A stretch of DNA of 64,000 nt from the human T2T-CHM13v2.0 reference genome, Homo sapiens, in NCBI RefSeq assembly GCF_009914755.1, contig NC_060931.1; one strand, given 5' to 3'. Below the pieces are notes generated by a model. It was not told where the DNA came from. It made no database searches and saw nothing but the letters and a program-made list of their open reading frames with translations. How positions within the stretch are numbered: position 1 is the stretch's first letter; each line of letters starts with the position of its first letter. The position numbers and the translations under genes are program-made. This document shows, piece after piece, positions 1-23,273 of this stretch.

Positions 1-288
1 AGTAGAGACGGGGTTTGGCCATGTTGGCCAGGCTGGTCTCGAACTGCTGACCTCAGGTGATCTGCCTGCCTCGGCCTCCCAAAGTGCTGGGATTACAGGC
101 GTATGCCACTGTGCCCAGCCTGAGTTTCTGTTTAGAAACAACAGTCTATGATAGTATAATCCTCTCTTTTTTGTACACAGAGTAAAGAGGACAAATAGGT
201 GAAAGAATAAATGAAAGGCTGGAATCCCACTTCCCCCGCTGTCCCAGGGCATTGGATATTGACGGATAGGAGGAAGCAAACCACTCAC

Positions 289-374
289 AGAGCCAGGAAG
301 AAATGAATGCGTTGGTATTGCCAGGAGGGGAGGCCGGCCCGGCTGAAATACGCTATGACCATAGCCAGGAGATA
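289..374 (-). CDS. SPDYE18: SPDYE coding exon 5 (86 nt; [29 protein letters not shown]), Speedy/RINGO box; gene continues past the left edge
   Basis: Acceptor ctctccatcag|TAT, donor CT|gtgagt; hallmark Spy1 motif [12 protein letters not shown] across the exon 4/5 junction. Confidence 0.92.
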
Positions 375-854
375 CTGATGGAGAGAAAGGAACACAGAGA
401 GGGAGAGGTCACATCTTGGAAGAGGAAGATTGTGGAGAGGGGGAATGAGGGTCTGGGGAGGGGCTGCCCATCAGAGAAGGGACCTCAGTGTTGGGGTGAC
501 TGTACTCATTTGGAAATTGCGGGATGGAGGGGTATTCGAAGGACGGATGCAAATCCGAGAAGCCAGAGGAAGGGTTTTGGGTGATGCTCCCAGGATGGTG
601 GGCTCCGATGGGATCTTTGGAGGGGGTGTGTCTAGGTCGGCTGGTGTCAGGAGGGTCTTTTGTGTGCCAGGCAGAGAACTGTCCCGAAGAGCTGAGAGTA
701 GAGGGGCCAGGAGCTTCAGGGCTGCGGCCAGACTGTGGCCCAGAGCTCAGATCCCAAAGGACCCATAGGAGAGGCAGGGGCCACTCATTCACTCTGCAAG
801 AGACCAGCAGAATCCTGAGGGAGATGCTGACAAATCATAAAAGGACCAAGAATA

Positions 855-1499
<645 letters not shown>

Positions 1500-1611
1500 C
1501 TGTAGGAGCATCTGGTGGGAGGTGGTGGAGGGAGAACTGTGGGTTTGGAAGCTGCGCCCTCCCCCCAGCCATGCGTTGGAACAGGAACAGTTACATGGAG
1601 AACAACCTTAC

Positions 1612-1670
1612 CTTGTCCGACACCCTCAGATCTTTGTCCCAGGCCAGGAATCTTTTAATGACAGGATCCT
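1612..1670 (-). CDS. SPDYE18: SPDYE coding exon 4 (59 nt; [20 protein letters not shown]), start of Speedy/RINGO box
   Basis: Acceptor ctaatcacag|AG, donor AAG|gtaagg; translated by hand (not in the ORF track); conserved Spy1-domain motif. Confidence 0.92.
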
Positions 1671-2101
1671 CTGTGATTAGAGAGCAGATGTCAGTGTGAG
1701 AAGCAGGACAGGGTTTCCGTGGGAGCAGCAGGGCAGCGAGGAGAAGTGTGCCTCCCGGGGGGAAGTCTCAGGATTGTGGCCGCGGGTGAGGTGGATGGGA
1801 GAGGGGAGAATGACTTTCACTGGGCAAGGGAGAGAGGCTCCTGCTCTGAGACTCCCCTGAGAAGAGGCCGAAGGAGGCCCTGGGTGTGAGAATCTACAGG
1901 ATGTAGAGCTGGGAATCAGCCAGGACCCCCTCCAGCAGACACGGAGGGACCACTGCAGAGTCATAAAGGAATTCCCATCATTTCCTCATGAGACAGTCAC
2001 ATCAGGGTGTGACCATGGCCTTGGGATCCCCCACTATGGATGGAGACACTTAGGTTTAGAAAAGTCAGTAAGAGACTTTAAGTTTCAGAGGGCACAGCTG
2101 A

Positions 2102-2526
<425 letters not shown>

Positions 2527-2698
2527 TAATCCTTTATCATCTCCTAAGTGTCCCTCATGAGTGATCACTTCACATTCCTCCCACATGGAGAGCTCACCCA
2601 CTGGGGCATATTTTTCCCATTGGAAAAGTGTGGTTATTGGAAGTTTCCTGTTTTTGGAAAGAACAGGATTGGAGGTGCTCTCTGGGGTGTCCTCCTAC

Positions 2699-2929
2699 CA
2701 AGCAGCCTGTTGAAGGCCTCGTGGTGCTCAGGGAGCACGAGCGACACTCGCCGTCGCTTCAGCTTCATCTTGAGGCCACACAGCATCTCCGCCACCCAGA
2801 TCTCCTCAGGCTCAGGGGCGAGCACCTTCCGTGGCTCCTCCTCCAACGACTCCTCAGATTCGTCCCACCACTCCCTCTTCCTTTTCCAGCAAAAGGACCT
2901 ATGCGGGGGGCTGGGATCTACCCCAGGGG
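2699..2929 (-). CDS. SPDYE18: SPDYE coding exon 3 (231 nt, phase 1-1; [19 protein letters not shown]...HEAFNRLL)
   Basis: Acceptor tttactcag|CC at 2930/2929, donor TTG|gtagga at 2699/2698; paralogous to exon 2; open frame. Confidence 0.9.
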
Positions 2930-4237
2930 CTGAGTAAAGAAACCAGGCCACGGTGTAATGCTTCTGCAGTTGATCACACTAGAGCCCGACCCAAAACCCC
3001 AAACCACTCTCCATCCTCCCCAGCCTCGCAGACTGCTGGCTTCTCCAAGCCATCTTTCCTTCTGTCTGTCTCCTCTGCTGAGCTCCATGTGCCGCTCCTT
3101 CTCCTCCCCATTCTCCCGTTTCTCTGTCCTCAGAACACTTCCTCATATCCTTCCCTGGTCCCTGGCTCTCTGAGTCTCTCTTTTTTTTTTTTTTTGTTGT
3201 TGTTGTTGAGAAACAGTCTTGCTTTGTGGCCTAGGCTGGAGTGTAGTGGTGCGATCTTGGCTCACTGGAACCTCCGCCTCCTGGGTTCCAGTGATTCTCC
3301 TGCCTAAGCCTCCCAAGTAGCTGGGATTACAGGTGCCCACCAGAACGCCCAGCTCATTTTTGTGCTTCTAGAAGAGACAGGGTTTCACCATGTTGGCCAG
3401 GCTGGTCTCCAACTCCTGGCCTCAAGTGATCTGCCTGCCTGGCCTCCCAAAGTGCTGGGATTACAGGTGTGAGCCACTGCACCCTGCCTCAGTACCTCCA
3501 TTCTTCCCACACACCCTCCTCACGTGCTCCTTCCTGACTTCTGGGCCCTTCCTTCCTTCTTTTTTTTTTTTTTTTTTTTTTTGAGACAGCGTCTCACTCT
3601 CTCACCCAGAATGGAATGCAGTGGCGCTATCTTGGCTCAAAGCAACCTCTTCCACCTGGGTTCAAGCGATTATCCTGTCTCAGCCTCCCGAGTAGCTGGG
3701 ATAACAGGCATGCCTGGCTAATTTTTGTATTGTTAGTATAAATGAGGTTTCGCTATATTGGTCTGGTTGGTCTCGAACAACTGACCTCAAGTGATCCACC
3801 CATCTCAGCCTCCCAAAGTAATGGGATTACAGGCATGAGCTACCACACCCGGCCTTCGTTTTTCTTTTGACACAGGGTTTTGCTCTGTCACCCAGGCTGG
3901 AGTGCAGTGGTGCAGTCATAGCTCACTGCAGCCTCAAAGTCCTGAGTTCAAGCAATCCTCTTGCCTCAGCCTCCCAGCGTGCTAGGATCTCAGGCGTGAG
4001 CCACTGCACCTAGCCCGAAACCAAGCTTTCTCATCCCAAGCGCCAACCTTTATCAAGTCTAGCCTAGTCCTCTATCATCTCCTAAGTGTCCCTCATGAGT
4101 GATCACTTCTGAGTCCTCCTGCGTGGAGAGCTCACCCACTGGGGGCGTATCTTTCCCATTGTAAAAGTGTGGTTATTGGAAGTTTCCTCTTTTTAGAAAG
4201 AACAGGATTGGAGGTGCTCTCTGGGGTGTCCTCCTAC

Positions 4238-4456
4238 CAAGCTGACTGTTGAAGTCCTTGTGGTGCTCAGGGAGGATGGGTGACACTCGCTGTTGCTTCA
4301 GCTTCATCTTGAGCCCACACAGCATCTCCACTACCCAGGTCTCCTCAGGCTCAGGGGCGAGCTCCTTCTCCGGCTCCTCCTCAGATTCATCTGACCACTC
4401 CTTCTTCCTTTTCCAGCCAAGGGACCTACATGGGGGGCTGGGATCTACCCCAGGGG
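4238..4456 (-). CDS. SPDYE18: SPDYE coding exon 2 (219 nt, phase 1-1; [19 protein letters not shown]...HKDFNSQL)
   Basis: Acceptor tttactcag|CC at 4457/4456, donor TTG|gtagga at 4238/4237; in frame with exon 1; SPDYE acidic/basic repeat. Confidence 0.9.
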
Positions 4457-4696
4457 CTGAGTAAAGAAACCAGGCCACCGTGTAATGCTTCTGCATCTGA
4501 TCACCTTAGACCCCGACCCAAAACCCCAAACCACTCTCCATCCTCCCCAGACTCGCAGACTGCTGGCTTCTCTAAGCCATCTTTCTGATTTTCTCCTCTG
4601 CTCAACCCCATGTGCCGCTCCTTCCCCTCCCCATTCTTCTCTCTCTCTGTCCTCCGAACACTGCTTCATGTCCTTCCCTGGTCTCTGGCTCTCTGA

Positions 4697-5053
<357 letters not shown>

Positions 5054-5412
5054 TGACCGCTGACCCTTCTTTTCTTTTTTCTTTTCTTTTTTTTTTTTTT
5101 TTTGGAGTGCAGTAGCGTGATCTCAGCTCACTGCAACCTCTTCCTCCCAGTCTCAAGTGATTCTCCTGTCTCAGCCTCCTGAGTAGCTGGGATTACAGGT
5201 GTGCACCACTACCACTTGACTAATTTTTATACTTTTAGTAGAGATGGGGTTTCACCATATTGGCCAGGCTGGCCTTGAACTCCTGACCTCAGGTGATTCG
5301 CCCGCCTCGGCCTCCCAAAGTGCTGGGGTTACAGGCGTGAGCCACCGCACCTGGCCCCCTTCCTTCGTCTTAGTCAACCCTATCCCACCTCTTCTTCCAC
5401 CAGTCCCCTCAC

Positions 5413-5572
5413 CTGATGGTCCCAACACTTCATCATCCACCACCTCCTGGAGGGGGTACCCCGAGGTGCTCCGCTGGAGACTCTGCTCATTCTGGGGGTG
5501 CGGTTGACGGCTGGTCGTGATCTTTCCCGTAATCTGTCCCCTCTTACGGAACCTAGTCTTCGTTCTGTCCAT
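5413..5572 (-). CDS. SPDYE18: Speedy/RINGO E (SPDYE) first coding exon (MDRTKTRF...EVLGPS, 53 codons + 1 nt)
   Basis: ATG at 5572 in strong Kozak context (aggccATGG); donor CAG|gtgagg at 5413/5412; peptide matches the recalled SPDYE family N-terminus. The paralog number is inferred only from adjacency to a FAM185 copy; the family call is much more certain than the paralog. Confidence 0.85.
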
Positions 5573-5993
5573 GGCCTTCTTCTGGACACTGCTAGGATCC
5601 AGAAGAGTATGTTATCAATTCTCAAGCCTAGGAGAAGTCAGGAGTGGAGAACAGCTCTGAGAAGATACTGTTGTCCAACTGATCTCCAGGCACCACGGAG
5701 TCCGGTCCCTCCAATCAGGAAGGTCGGAATCTCTGATGTCATCGTTCATGCCAACCTGGCAACCAGTTTGAAAAAAAACACATGTAACTGCCAGGCTGAT
5801 CTCTTGTCCTGGAGATCCTGGGTGAATGGTATCTCCTGCCACTGTCCCAACCTCAGACCATTGTCCAAAAGCATCTTCAGGGACTCCACATCCCTGTGTT
5901 CCCTGTCCCAGCAGAGGCTGTGTCCTCTCCACTCAAAGCCTGAAGCATGTTGGGGTCTCTTCATCTCTGTACATGCCCATTTCAGAGTCCAGT
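5573..5993 (-). other. Probable 5' UTR portion of the SPDYE first coding exon (candidate acceptors at 5993 and 5627)
   Basis: Strong polypyrimidine acceptor ttttctttcccactctgttccctctcccaccag| at 5994/5993 and a second, tctccactcctgacttctcctag|, at 5628/5627. No transcript evidence available. Confidence 0.55.
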
Positions 5994-6056
5994 CTGGTGG
6001 GAGAGGGAACAGAGTGGGAAAGAAAACTAGGGTAAGCAGAAACGATGAAACCTTAT

Positions 6057-6187
6057 AAGAGTGAGATTATCATGTACAAGAGTGAGATTATCATGTACAA
6101 GAGTGAGATTATCATGTACAAGAGTGAGATTATCACGTACAAGAGTGAGATTATCATGTACAAGAGTGAGATTATCATGTACAAGAG
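6057..6187. repeat. Minisatellite, 21-bp unit AAGAGTGAGATTATCATGTAC x6.2
   Basis: Six near-perfect copies read directly; copy 4 has a T>C change (CACGTAC). Confidence 0.97.
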
Positions 6188-6581
6188 ATCCCAGGAATAC
6201 TGACTTGATGAAAAAGTCACATCAGAGCACTCAGTTTGGCAGAGCTTTTCTGCCGAATGTTTACTCACATTCACTGTCCGAGATTCTATACTGGGGGTAC
6301 ACACGTCCTCTGCCCTAAGGCAATTTTGAGTCCAAGAGACATTTTGAGGCCTAAAGATCATAGGAAACTGCCCCTGAGCTCACACATATTTCCAATGGTG
6401 TCCCCAATTTCAGGGAATCCATGGATTACCTAAGCCAGCCCCTCCAGTTTGGCTAAGAAACTCTAGTCTATATATCAAGTTTTGTATCATATGTATTGCT
6501 CTGAACTCAGAAATTTCCCTTCCATTTATGGATTCTATGAATAAAATATCACATGTACAAAAAGACTAAGTCGAAAAATTT

Positions 6582-7240
<659 letters not shown>

Positions 7241-8062
7241 ACCTGCGAGTGAGTTCCCACACGTTTTCCTAATGGGCTGCTGCTTTCCTAGGAGTCTCTC
7301 GCTCATAGAAAAGGCACACACTGAAAGAGGAAGCAGATCCCATTGCTGTGGAAGTCCCATTGTTAGGAAGCTCTGCTTTTCTGGAGTTCAAATTCGCATT
7401 CATGACGCTTTAAACCGTCAGAGCTGGGTGGGTCCTCCTACAACAAAATCGTTTGCTCTCTCTCTCCTAGTTAACAGGCTTTCAAATATTAGAAGATCAA
7501 TGTTCTGACCCCATTAAAATTTCTCTTTTGTGGAATGAAAAGCTCTGATTTAACCCATCTTCAAGCCTGGTTTGATGGAGGAATAGGGGCTGGTCACCTG
7601 CATTTCCCCTCCCTGCACAAAGTCCTGGGCCCAGATCTGGGGTCTGTCTCTGCTGAGGGTGGGGTGAACCAGGAAGCACCTCCCTCTACATCTCCTTGAT
7701 GAATGGGTATAATGGTTGCCATGGAACTGGGGCTTGTTTGGTGACCTGGGGCTGGGTGGGCCTCTGAGAGCCTTTATACCTGATTGCCTTTTGGGAGAGG
7801 GCAGGTGGGAGCCCCACCCTGTCTCATGAGTCACCCCAAAGGTGCATGGGCAGGCAGGTGCTGGGGAATCGGCTACTCCCCAGAGCTTGGCGTGGCCATC
7901 CCTCTGGCCCCTCTGGGAGTCTGGAGCCCATTCCCTCACACTGGTACTCACTGCAGCTGGGGACATCTGCACTAGGAAGACAGGACACGGCATGGAAGCT
8001 GGCCTCTGCCCAGAAGCCATGACATTGTGGTCACCAGCCTGATGTTATAAAACGAGTGTCAT

Positions 8063-9570
<1,508 letters not shown>

Positions 9571-9683
9571 ATACATACATACATGCATACATACATACAG
9601 GGATTAAAATAGTCTAGTACTGACACCTGAACAGACAGATTGATCCAAGAAATGAAACAGAAATTCCAGAAGTTGACCTGAAT

Positions 9684-9684
9684 A

Positions 9685-9728
<44 letters not shown>
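9684..9728. repeat. (CA)n microsatellite; (ATAC)n nearby at 9567-9598
   Basis: Read directly. Confidence 0.97.
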
Positions 9729-9730
<2 letters not shown>

Positions 9731-9771
9731 AAGGCGTGAAAGACTCCATGACCCTCAAGGTATAAGATGCA

Positions 9772-16645
<6,874 letters not shown>

Positions 16646-16649
16646 TTTA

Positions 16650-16851
16650 AAGGGCTCTCTCCACCTTTAAAAACCCTTACCTATAAGCCATCTGAGAGTT
16701 CAAGTGTTAAGTATAATCTGCCTGATTCTCCTTGCTTGGTCCCTACAAACAAAGGCTTTCCCTTCTCTTGCTACAAGCCTTGGTTTAGATATGGTATAGA
16801 TACATAGTCTTATTACGCTGGGCGAGTGGACCTCCGTTTGGTTCAATAACA
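16650..16851 (+). mobile_element. Fragment of an ERV1-class LTR (3' part)
   Basis: Ends ...gagtggacctccgtttggttcaataaca, resembling MER4-group LTR ends; subfamily not determined. Confidence 0.45.
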
Positions 16852-17425
16852 AAATCTGAACTGAGGAGAGTTGTGATTACACTATTGCATTTCATCATAA
16901 ATATTTTCCTTGTTGAATCCAAGCACACAAAGTACAGAATGATCCTCTTCCTCAGTACAGTTTTTCCCTCTGTTATAATAGTACCATGATATCCTCAGCT
17001 GAAGAAAAGGTGCTAGATGCTTTGTACCATCTGATCTTTTTGTCAGGTGCTTTTCTGATGCAAATTATTCTCTGAATTCTTATCTCTCCCTTTCACTCTG
17101 AGCCATAATCTTGTCTATGTCCTGGAGCTCATTGCGTTTTTCCCAGAACACAGTTGAGTATTCAAGGACCTCCCGTAAGCTTTTTCCCTCTTCTTCTCTT
17201 GCTATATTTTCAATATCACAACCCCATTTTAATTAGCTTTGATAAGCTGGTTAAAATCTCTGAGTTCAATTGGTAAATCCCTGTGTTAACTCTATCTCTT
17301 CATCAATAAGGGGTTCAGCTTATTTAAACTGTTCTTTTTCTGTGCCTATGCTGCATTTGGTAGGTCGTGATTTTGAGGTACCTTGCACCCAGTTGCTTTT
17401 CTGTAATACAGAGTTTCTTTTTCTA

Positions 17426-17811
<386 letters not shown>

Positions 17812-19002
17812 TCAACTTTTTCTTCTTTTTTAATACAATTTAGCACCAATAATAAAGCATCAATAATAGTAAGGCTTTTCTACATATCTGAGATCTCTTC
17901 CTTAATATATTATTTATCACCTCCCCAATAATATATTTGTTACTTATGGAGTGAAAAGCCTTCAACCTATTTCCTTTTGCAGCAATAGAGGCCAAGCACA
18001 GTGTTACTGCTCTCAAGAAAAAGAACACACAAGCAATTTCAGCTTAGAAACAATACTTAAAAGGGAGGACAGTTTATAAAATTCCATCTAGGTTGCTTGA
18101 AAATAGCTTTCTCTATCTTGCCAATAAGTAATTTACTGAAACTTCTTTGTACTTTGACCTGAATCTGTGGAGACTCTATTCTATTAATAATTTGTAAAGT
18201 TTATAAATTCCTTCCTACAAAAGTTTTTCAACATATATTGGAATCTGGGGTTTCAAAAGCCTTCCTCCTTATTTACTTCTCTTTGCCAATTAAAATCACA
18301 CACTGTTTCTTTGACCAAGAAATGGGAAAATGACTACTCTATCCCTATACACTGTGGCTTCCACTAAGTGGGAGGAAAGGCTTCCTAGGACATGTGTTTA
18401 ACTCTGTAATTTGCTCTCGAAACTGCTGCCCCAATGTACCCAAATATATGAATCTCTATGTTCTTTTTATTTAACCCAAAATATACCTGATCTATTCTGC
18501 ACTAAATATCAACAACAAAGACAGGGCTCCAGGAAGTAACTTGCAGAATTGTCTTGTTTAAAAATAGGATTAACAAGCTTCTTGGTAAGGTGAGCTTTTT
18601 CCTGCCTCCCTCCCCACTCCCACTTCTAACCCTGTAACATTCTTTGTTTATGTACATTTGGTTCAGAGGGATACTTCTGCTGCTGCCTTATTATTAATAA
18701 TAGCAGATTAAACTTCAGTGCCTCAGGGTTGGAGGATTCTCTTTTATACTACAAACACTTTGGGCCGCCCACTATAGGAAGTGCCATGCTAAGTATATTA
18801 GGGAGGTTCAAAAGATGTGAAAAGACACACCAGTGCTCTCACAAAGCTTACCAACTCACTAGGAAAATAAATCATACACTATGAAACAACATGAAAGTAA
18901 TTACTCTGAAATTTTATTATTTTTAACACATACATTTCACAAACAATACCTTTAACACCACATACAATTCCATAACAAAATATTTTAATTTTGTCAACGT
19001 TC

Positions 19003-19314
<312 letters not shown>

Positions 19315-19832
19315 TCAACGTTCTTTAACTTTTTACAATCTTCTCTCAACAAAAGTGTAACCCAAGATACCTTGACAAGAAATCTTCCAGATAAATATTT
19401 TTGAGCTAGTTTCAATGATGCCTATCCACTAAATTTTCTCTCAAATACTTGCAATAATAATAAAGTCAACAGTACTCTAGGCAAGAGTATACTGAGGAAG
19501 TACACAATTAATCAGTTCTTCCCAAAAAATAATCGTAATAGTTTCTTCCTCAAATCTTTTCTTCTGCAATGTCTAATCTCATCCATTGTATTTTTCATCT
19601 CAGACACTGTAGTTTTCATTTATAGAAATTCAATTTTGGTCTTCTTTTTATATCTTCCATGTCTTAAGTGTTTGAACAAGTGCAATACAGTTATAATAAC
19701 TTTTATTTTCCTTCTCTGCTAATTCGGTCATCTATATCAGTTTTGGGTTAGTTTCAATTATTCTCTTCATTATAACTCATGGGTTTTTTTGCCCTTTGCA
19801 TGTCTGATAATCTTTGATTCAATGCTAGACAG

Positions 19833-20556
19833 TGAAACCACCTCTGCAAAAATCATAACTGAGAAAATTATTACAGTGAAAGAGATCTGACATAACCAGC
19901 TCCATCTTGCTTCTAATCACCAAGCTGTCCTTGTTCATTTCTAGGTACAGGCTGAACTAACTTTTGGGAGGAATTTAGTTTATAGTTTAGCTTTGAAACC
20001 AAGACAATAACAGCCATTTCCCAAACAAACTCCATTCCTGCCTGGGGACTAGACTCCCTTTTCAGGACAACAAATTAGCCAAAAGATTAGAAATTGTGGT
20101 TTAGGAGTCATGTAGCTGGAAGCTGCCCAAATTGCTAAACCTCCCCAAATTGCTCCTGCGGATAACATCACTATTGTAAAACCTAAGATCAGTGCTTGAA
20201 ATATTTTGCAGACCCTAAACTCAGTCGATCGGCTGGCATAACCCAGATTGATAAGCTGGCTCATCTGGTCTTGTGGCCCCCAGTCAGGAACTGACTCAAC
20301 ACAAAAGGACAGCTCTGACTCCCTATGATTTCATCTCAGACTGACTAATCAAAACTCCTAACTCACTGGCCCCCTATCAAATTATCCTTAAAAACTCAGA
20401 TCGTCAGATTCTCAGGGAGATGATTTAAGTAATAATAAAACTGGTCTCCTGCATAGCCAGCTCTGCGTGAATTTCTCTTTCTCTACTGCAATTCCCGTCT
20501 TGATAAGTTGGCTCTTTCTAGGCAGTGGGCAAGGTGAACCTGTTGGATGGGTTACA
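19833..20556 (+). mobile_element. Solo LTR, LTR8A-like (ERV1), 724 bp
   Basis: TGAAACC...GTTACA termini; LTR8-type start (tgaaaccacctctgcaaaaatcataactgagaaaatt); 4-bp TSD acag/acat; AATAAA at ~20434. Confidence 0.85.
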
Positions 20557-21139
20557 ACATTGTGAATTTTACTTTGTTGGGTGCTGGATATTTTTGTATT
20601 CCTGTAAATCTTGAGCTTTGCTCAAGGATGCAGTTAAGTTACTTGGAAATAGTTTAAGCCTTTCATCTCTTGCTTTTATAATTTGTTAGGCAATTATAGA
20701 GTGGTGCTCAGCCTAAGACTGATTGTTTCCCACTACTAAATGCTCTACCCAATGCCCCATGAGTTATGATTTTCTTTCCAGTCTGGTGGGAAGAACAGGC
20801 ATTATTCCTGGACCTGTGTGAGCACCAGGTTCTATTCCCTCTGGTACTTTGTCCTGTGAACCCTGTCTTGATCTTTATCGACTCTCATCTTGATCTCCCT
20901 AACTCAGGGAGTGTTCTAGACTCCAGAGCAGTTCCCTTTTCCCGTACTGGAGCCTGGAGACTCTCTCAAGGCAGTAAGCAAGACTCATCTTGTTTGTTTC
21001 CTGTATCTGCTTAATTTTTAAATTTTTTTGTCATTGTTTCAGGTGGGAAGGTAAGTCAGACCCTTTAACTCCATCCTGCCCAGAAGACTTCATTATTTTT
21101 CTTTCTCCCTCTCCCTGCCTTCTTTTCACCCTCTTTTTT

Positions 21140-22120
21140 AACTTATTTTGAAATAATTTCATACTGACAAGTTACAAAAACAGTAGAGAGAGGTTCTGTA
21201 TACCCATCACTCAGTTCCCCTAATGGTGACAGCTTCTATAAGTATACTGCACTATCAAAACCAGGAAATTAGCTGGCAAATTAACTGGACTATAGACCTT
21301 ACTCAGATTTCACCAGTTTTTACATGCATTCATTTTTCGGGTATGTCTTTGTATATACTCATGACATTTTATCTATCACATATATAGCTTCATATATAAC
21401 CATCATTTTAATCAAGATATGGAACTGTTCTGTCACTACAAAGGAAGTCCCTTGTCATGTCCCTTTAAAGTCATACTCTCCTTCTCCTTCCCTAACCTAT
21501 GGCAACCACTTGTCTATTCTCTACATCTTTAATTTTGTCGTTTCAACAATGTTATATAAATGGAATCATAGAGTATGGACCATTTTGAGATTGGCTTTTT
21601 TCACTCAGAATAATGCCCTTAAATTCCCTTCAAGTTGTTTACATCAACAGATTGTTCCCTTTGTCGGTGAATTACCTTATGTGGACATACCATGAGTCAT
21701 ATGAACATTCAGTCATGGAAGGATATTTAAGTCATTTCCAGTTTTTTGGCTATTACAAATAAAGCTGTGAACATTTGTGTACAGGTTTTTGTGTGAACAT
21801 AAGTTACATTTCCCCAGGATAAATGCCCAGGAATATAAATGCTAGGTGATTAATGGTAGTTTCTTTTTTTTTCTATTTTTTTAAGAAACTGCCAGACTGA
21901 GTTATAGAGTAGCTGTATCATTTTACATTCCCACCAGTAATGTAGAAGAGATCCAGTTTCTCTGCACACTTGCCAGCATTTGAATAATCAGTATTTTTAA
22001 TTTTTGCCATTCTAGTAAGTATGTAGTATTTTATTCTGGTTTTAATGTGCATTTCCCTAATGGCTAGTGATGTTAATATCTTTTTGTGTATTTATTTGCC
22101 ATCATATATCTTCTATGGTT
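21140..22120 (-). mobile_element. Old L1M 3'-end fragment
   Basis: Typical L1M 3' motifs (ttttacattcccaccag, tttttggctattacaaataaagctg). Confidence 0.7.
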
Positions 22121-22340
22121 GCACTGTTTCTTAAAAGTTACAAGATTAAACTTCTGTGTGCACGAATCATGTTTTCTTCACTACTGGGGATAGTTCACTT
22201 AGGATAAGGATTTGGCTATGGTTTAATATTTCTTGAATGACCAAAATAAATACAAAGACAATAATAAAACAAAACCCCACAGGCATCACAAACAGAACTC
22301 ATAATGCTCTGAGATTGGGGCCTGCACTTTGAACTCTAGT

Positions 22341-22839
22341 CTAGGGATCAGCAAACTATAGCTCACGGGCCAAATCTGGCCAGGGGCCTGTTTTTGTATG
22401 CCCTGAAAGCTAAGAAGGGCTTTTACTTTTTTTTTTTTTTGAGACGGAGTCTCTGTCACCCAGGCTGGAGTCCAGTGGCATGATCTCGGCTCACTGCAAT
22501 CTCTGCCTCCTGGGTTCAAGCAATTCTCCCTGCCTTAGCCTCCCGAGTAGCTGGGATTTCAGGCACCCGCCACCACACCCAGCTAATTTTTGTATGTTTA
22601 GTAGAGACAGGGTTTCGCCATGTTGGCCAGGCTGGTCTCTAACTCCTGACCTTAGGTGATCCATGCACCTCGGCCTCCCAAAGTGCTGGGATTACAGGCG
22701 TGAGCGACCGTGCCCGGCCGGGCTTTTACATTTTTAAAGGGTTATTTAAAAACAAAAAAATATATGCAACAGAGTCCATATGTAATCTGCTAAGTCTAAC
22801 ATATTTACTATATGGTGTTTACAGATAAAGTTTGCAGAT
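22341..22839 (+). mobile_element. MER58-family (hAT-Charlie) element interrupted by a minus-strand Alu (22427-22719)
   Basis: agggatcagcaaactatagc...gggccaaatctggcc start and aaagtttgcag end; Alu TSD gggcttttac. Confidence 0.75.
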
Positions 22840-22963
22840 GAATGGAAAGAAAACCTGATCTTCTTTTTTGGGGCAAACATTAACAACATTGACATCTGAT
22901 TACCCATGATACTCTCAAGATCTTATTCTTTAACAAAAAGGTGGGGAAATAAAAACACCATAA

Positions 22964-23273
<310 letters not shown>

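Noticed and set aside
6053-6361. ORFs with repeating peptides (LLYMIIS)n and (VRLSCTR)n; superficial CRISPR-like periodicity
   Set aside because: Products of the 21-bp minisatellite; units are directly adjacent with no spacers, and the DNA is human.
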